DNA of 64,000 nucleotides, from contig OX597825.1 of the NCBI GenBank assembly GCA_951406725.2, positions 35,960,001 to 36,024,000 of the forward strand, given 5' to 3'. Position 1 is the stretch's first letter; each line of letters begins with the position of its first letter. The notes beneath the pieces were generated by a model. It saw nothing but the letters and a program-made list of their open reading frames with translations. It did no database searches and was not told where the DNA came from. The position numbers and the translations under genes were made by a program. The DNA comes from Octopus vulgaris. Taxonomy: Eukaryota. Shown in pieces: positions 63,513-64,000 of the stretch.

Positions 63513-64000
63513 GTATGTATTTACATGTGTATATGTGTAAGTACTTATCTGTCCAAAAACATCTACACAGGCATTCATATATGTATAGACATATATTTAC
63601 AAATACAAACAAATACATACTGATAGTATTACTCATATTAAACACAAAAGGTATTTTGTCATGAGATGTATTAGAAATTAATTATTTGTTAATGAAAAAA
63701 GCTTTTTTCAGGTGAGGAAATAGGTTTAAAAGGAAAAGATGGCTTTCACAAATCAGATGAAGTTGTGCATATTTATATATGTTTATATATGTGTGTGTAT
63801 GTAAGTGTAGATACAAAAATAAGTGATATATCATAGGTGGTAAGCACCTTAACTTTGCATGCATGCACACACACACACACACATACACGCGCATGCACAC
63901 ACATACACACACACACACACATACACGCACACACACACACACACAGTGAATCACTGTACTTGCATTCATTGAACTGGAGTAAGCCTTCAACAGGGTCCTT

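Overview
AT-rich, repeat-dense animal DNA. The SINE, MITE and microsatellite repertoire most resembles a coleoid cephalopod (Octopus-like); this is inferred from pattern recognition, not a search. I cannot support any intact host protein-coding exon. The long Y/I/C/V/H/T-rich ORFs are microsatellite translations. Recognisable coding remnants are all transposon-derived: a pogo/Tigger transposase (16.9-18.5 kb), an RTE-like LINE (18.9-20.6 kb), a Merlin/IS1595-type transposase fragment (36.6 kb), a Ty3/Gypsy gag-protease-RT fragment (36.9-38.0 kb), a Chapaev3-like transposase (38.7-40.2 kb), a 5'-inverted RTE insertion with an 11-bp TSD (50.95-51.36 kb) and a young 5'-truncated CR1-type LINE (59.8-60.7 kb). 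Non-autonomous elements include at least five SINE-like families, piggyBac-, hAT-, mariner- and Merlin-type MITEs, and a complete Helitron. Less ordinary features: two back-to-back near-perfect fold-backs at 3.3-3.6 kb; a 42.6-49 kb nest of foldback elements carrying TTAGGG-like tracts; three degenerate minimal hammerhead motifs; a SINE/LINE pair sharing a 3' stem-loop; and a CpG-poor/CpG-rich/CpG-poor domain structure with a candidate minus-strand promoter or first exon at 34.3-34.7 kb. I found no convincing new multi-gene system. Repeat boundaries are approximate unless termini or TSDs are quoted.
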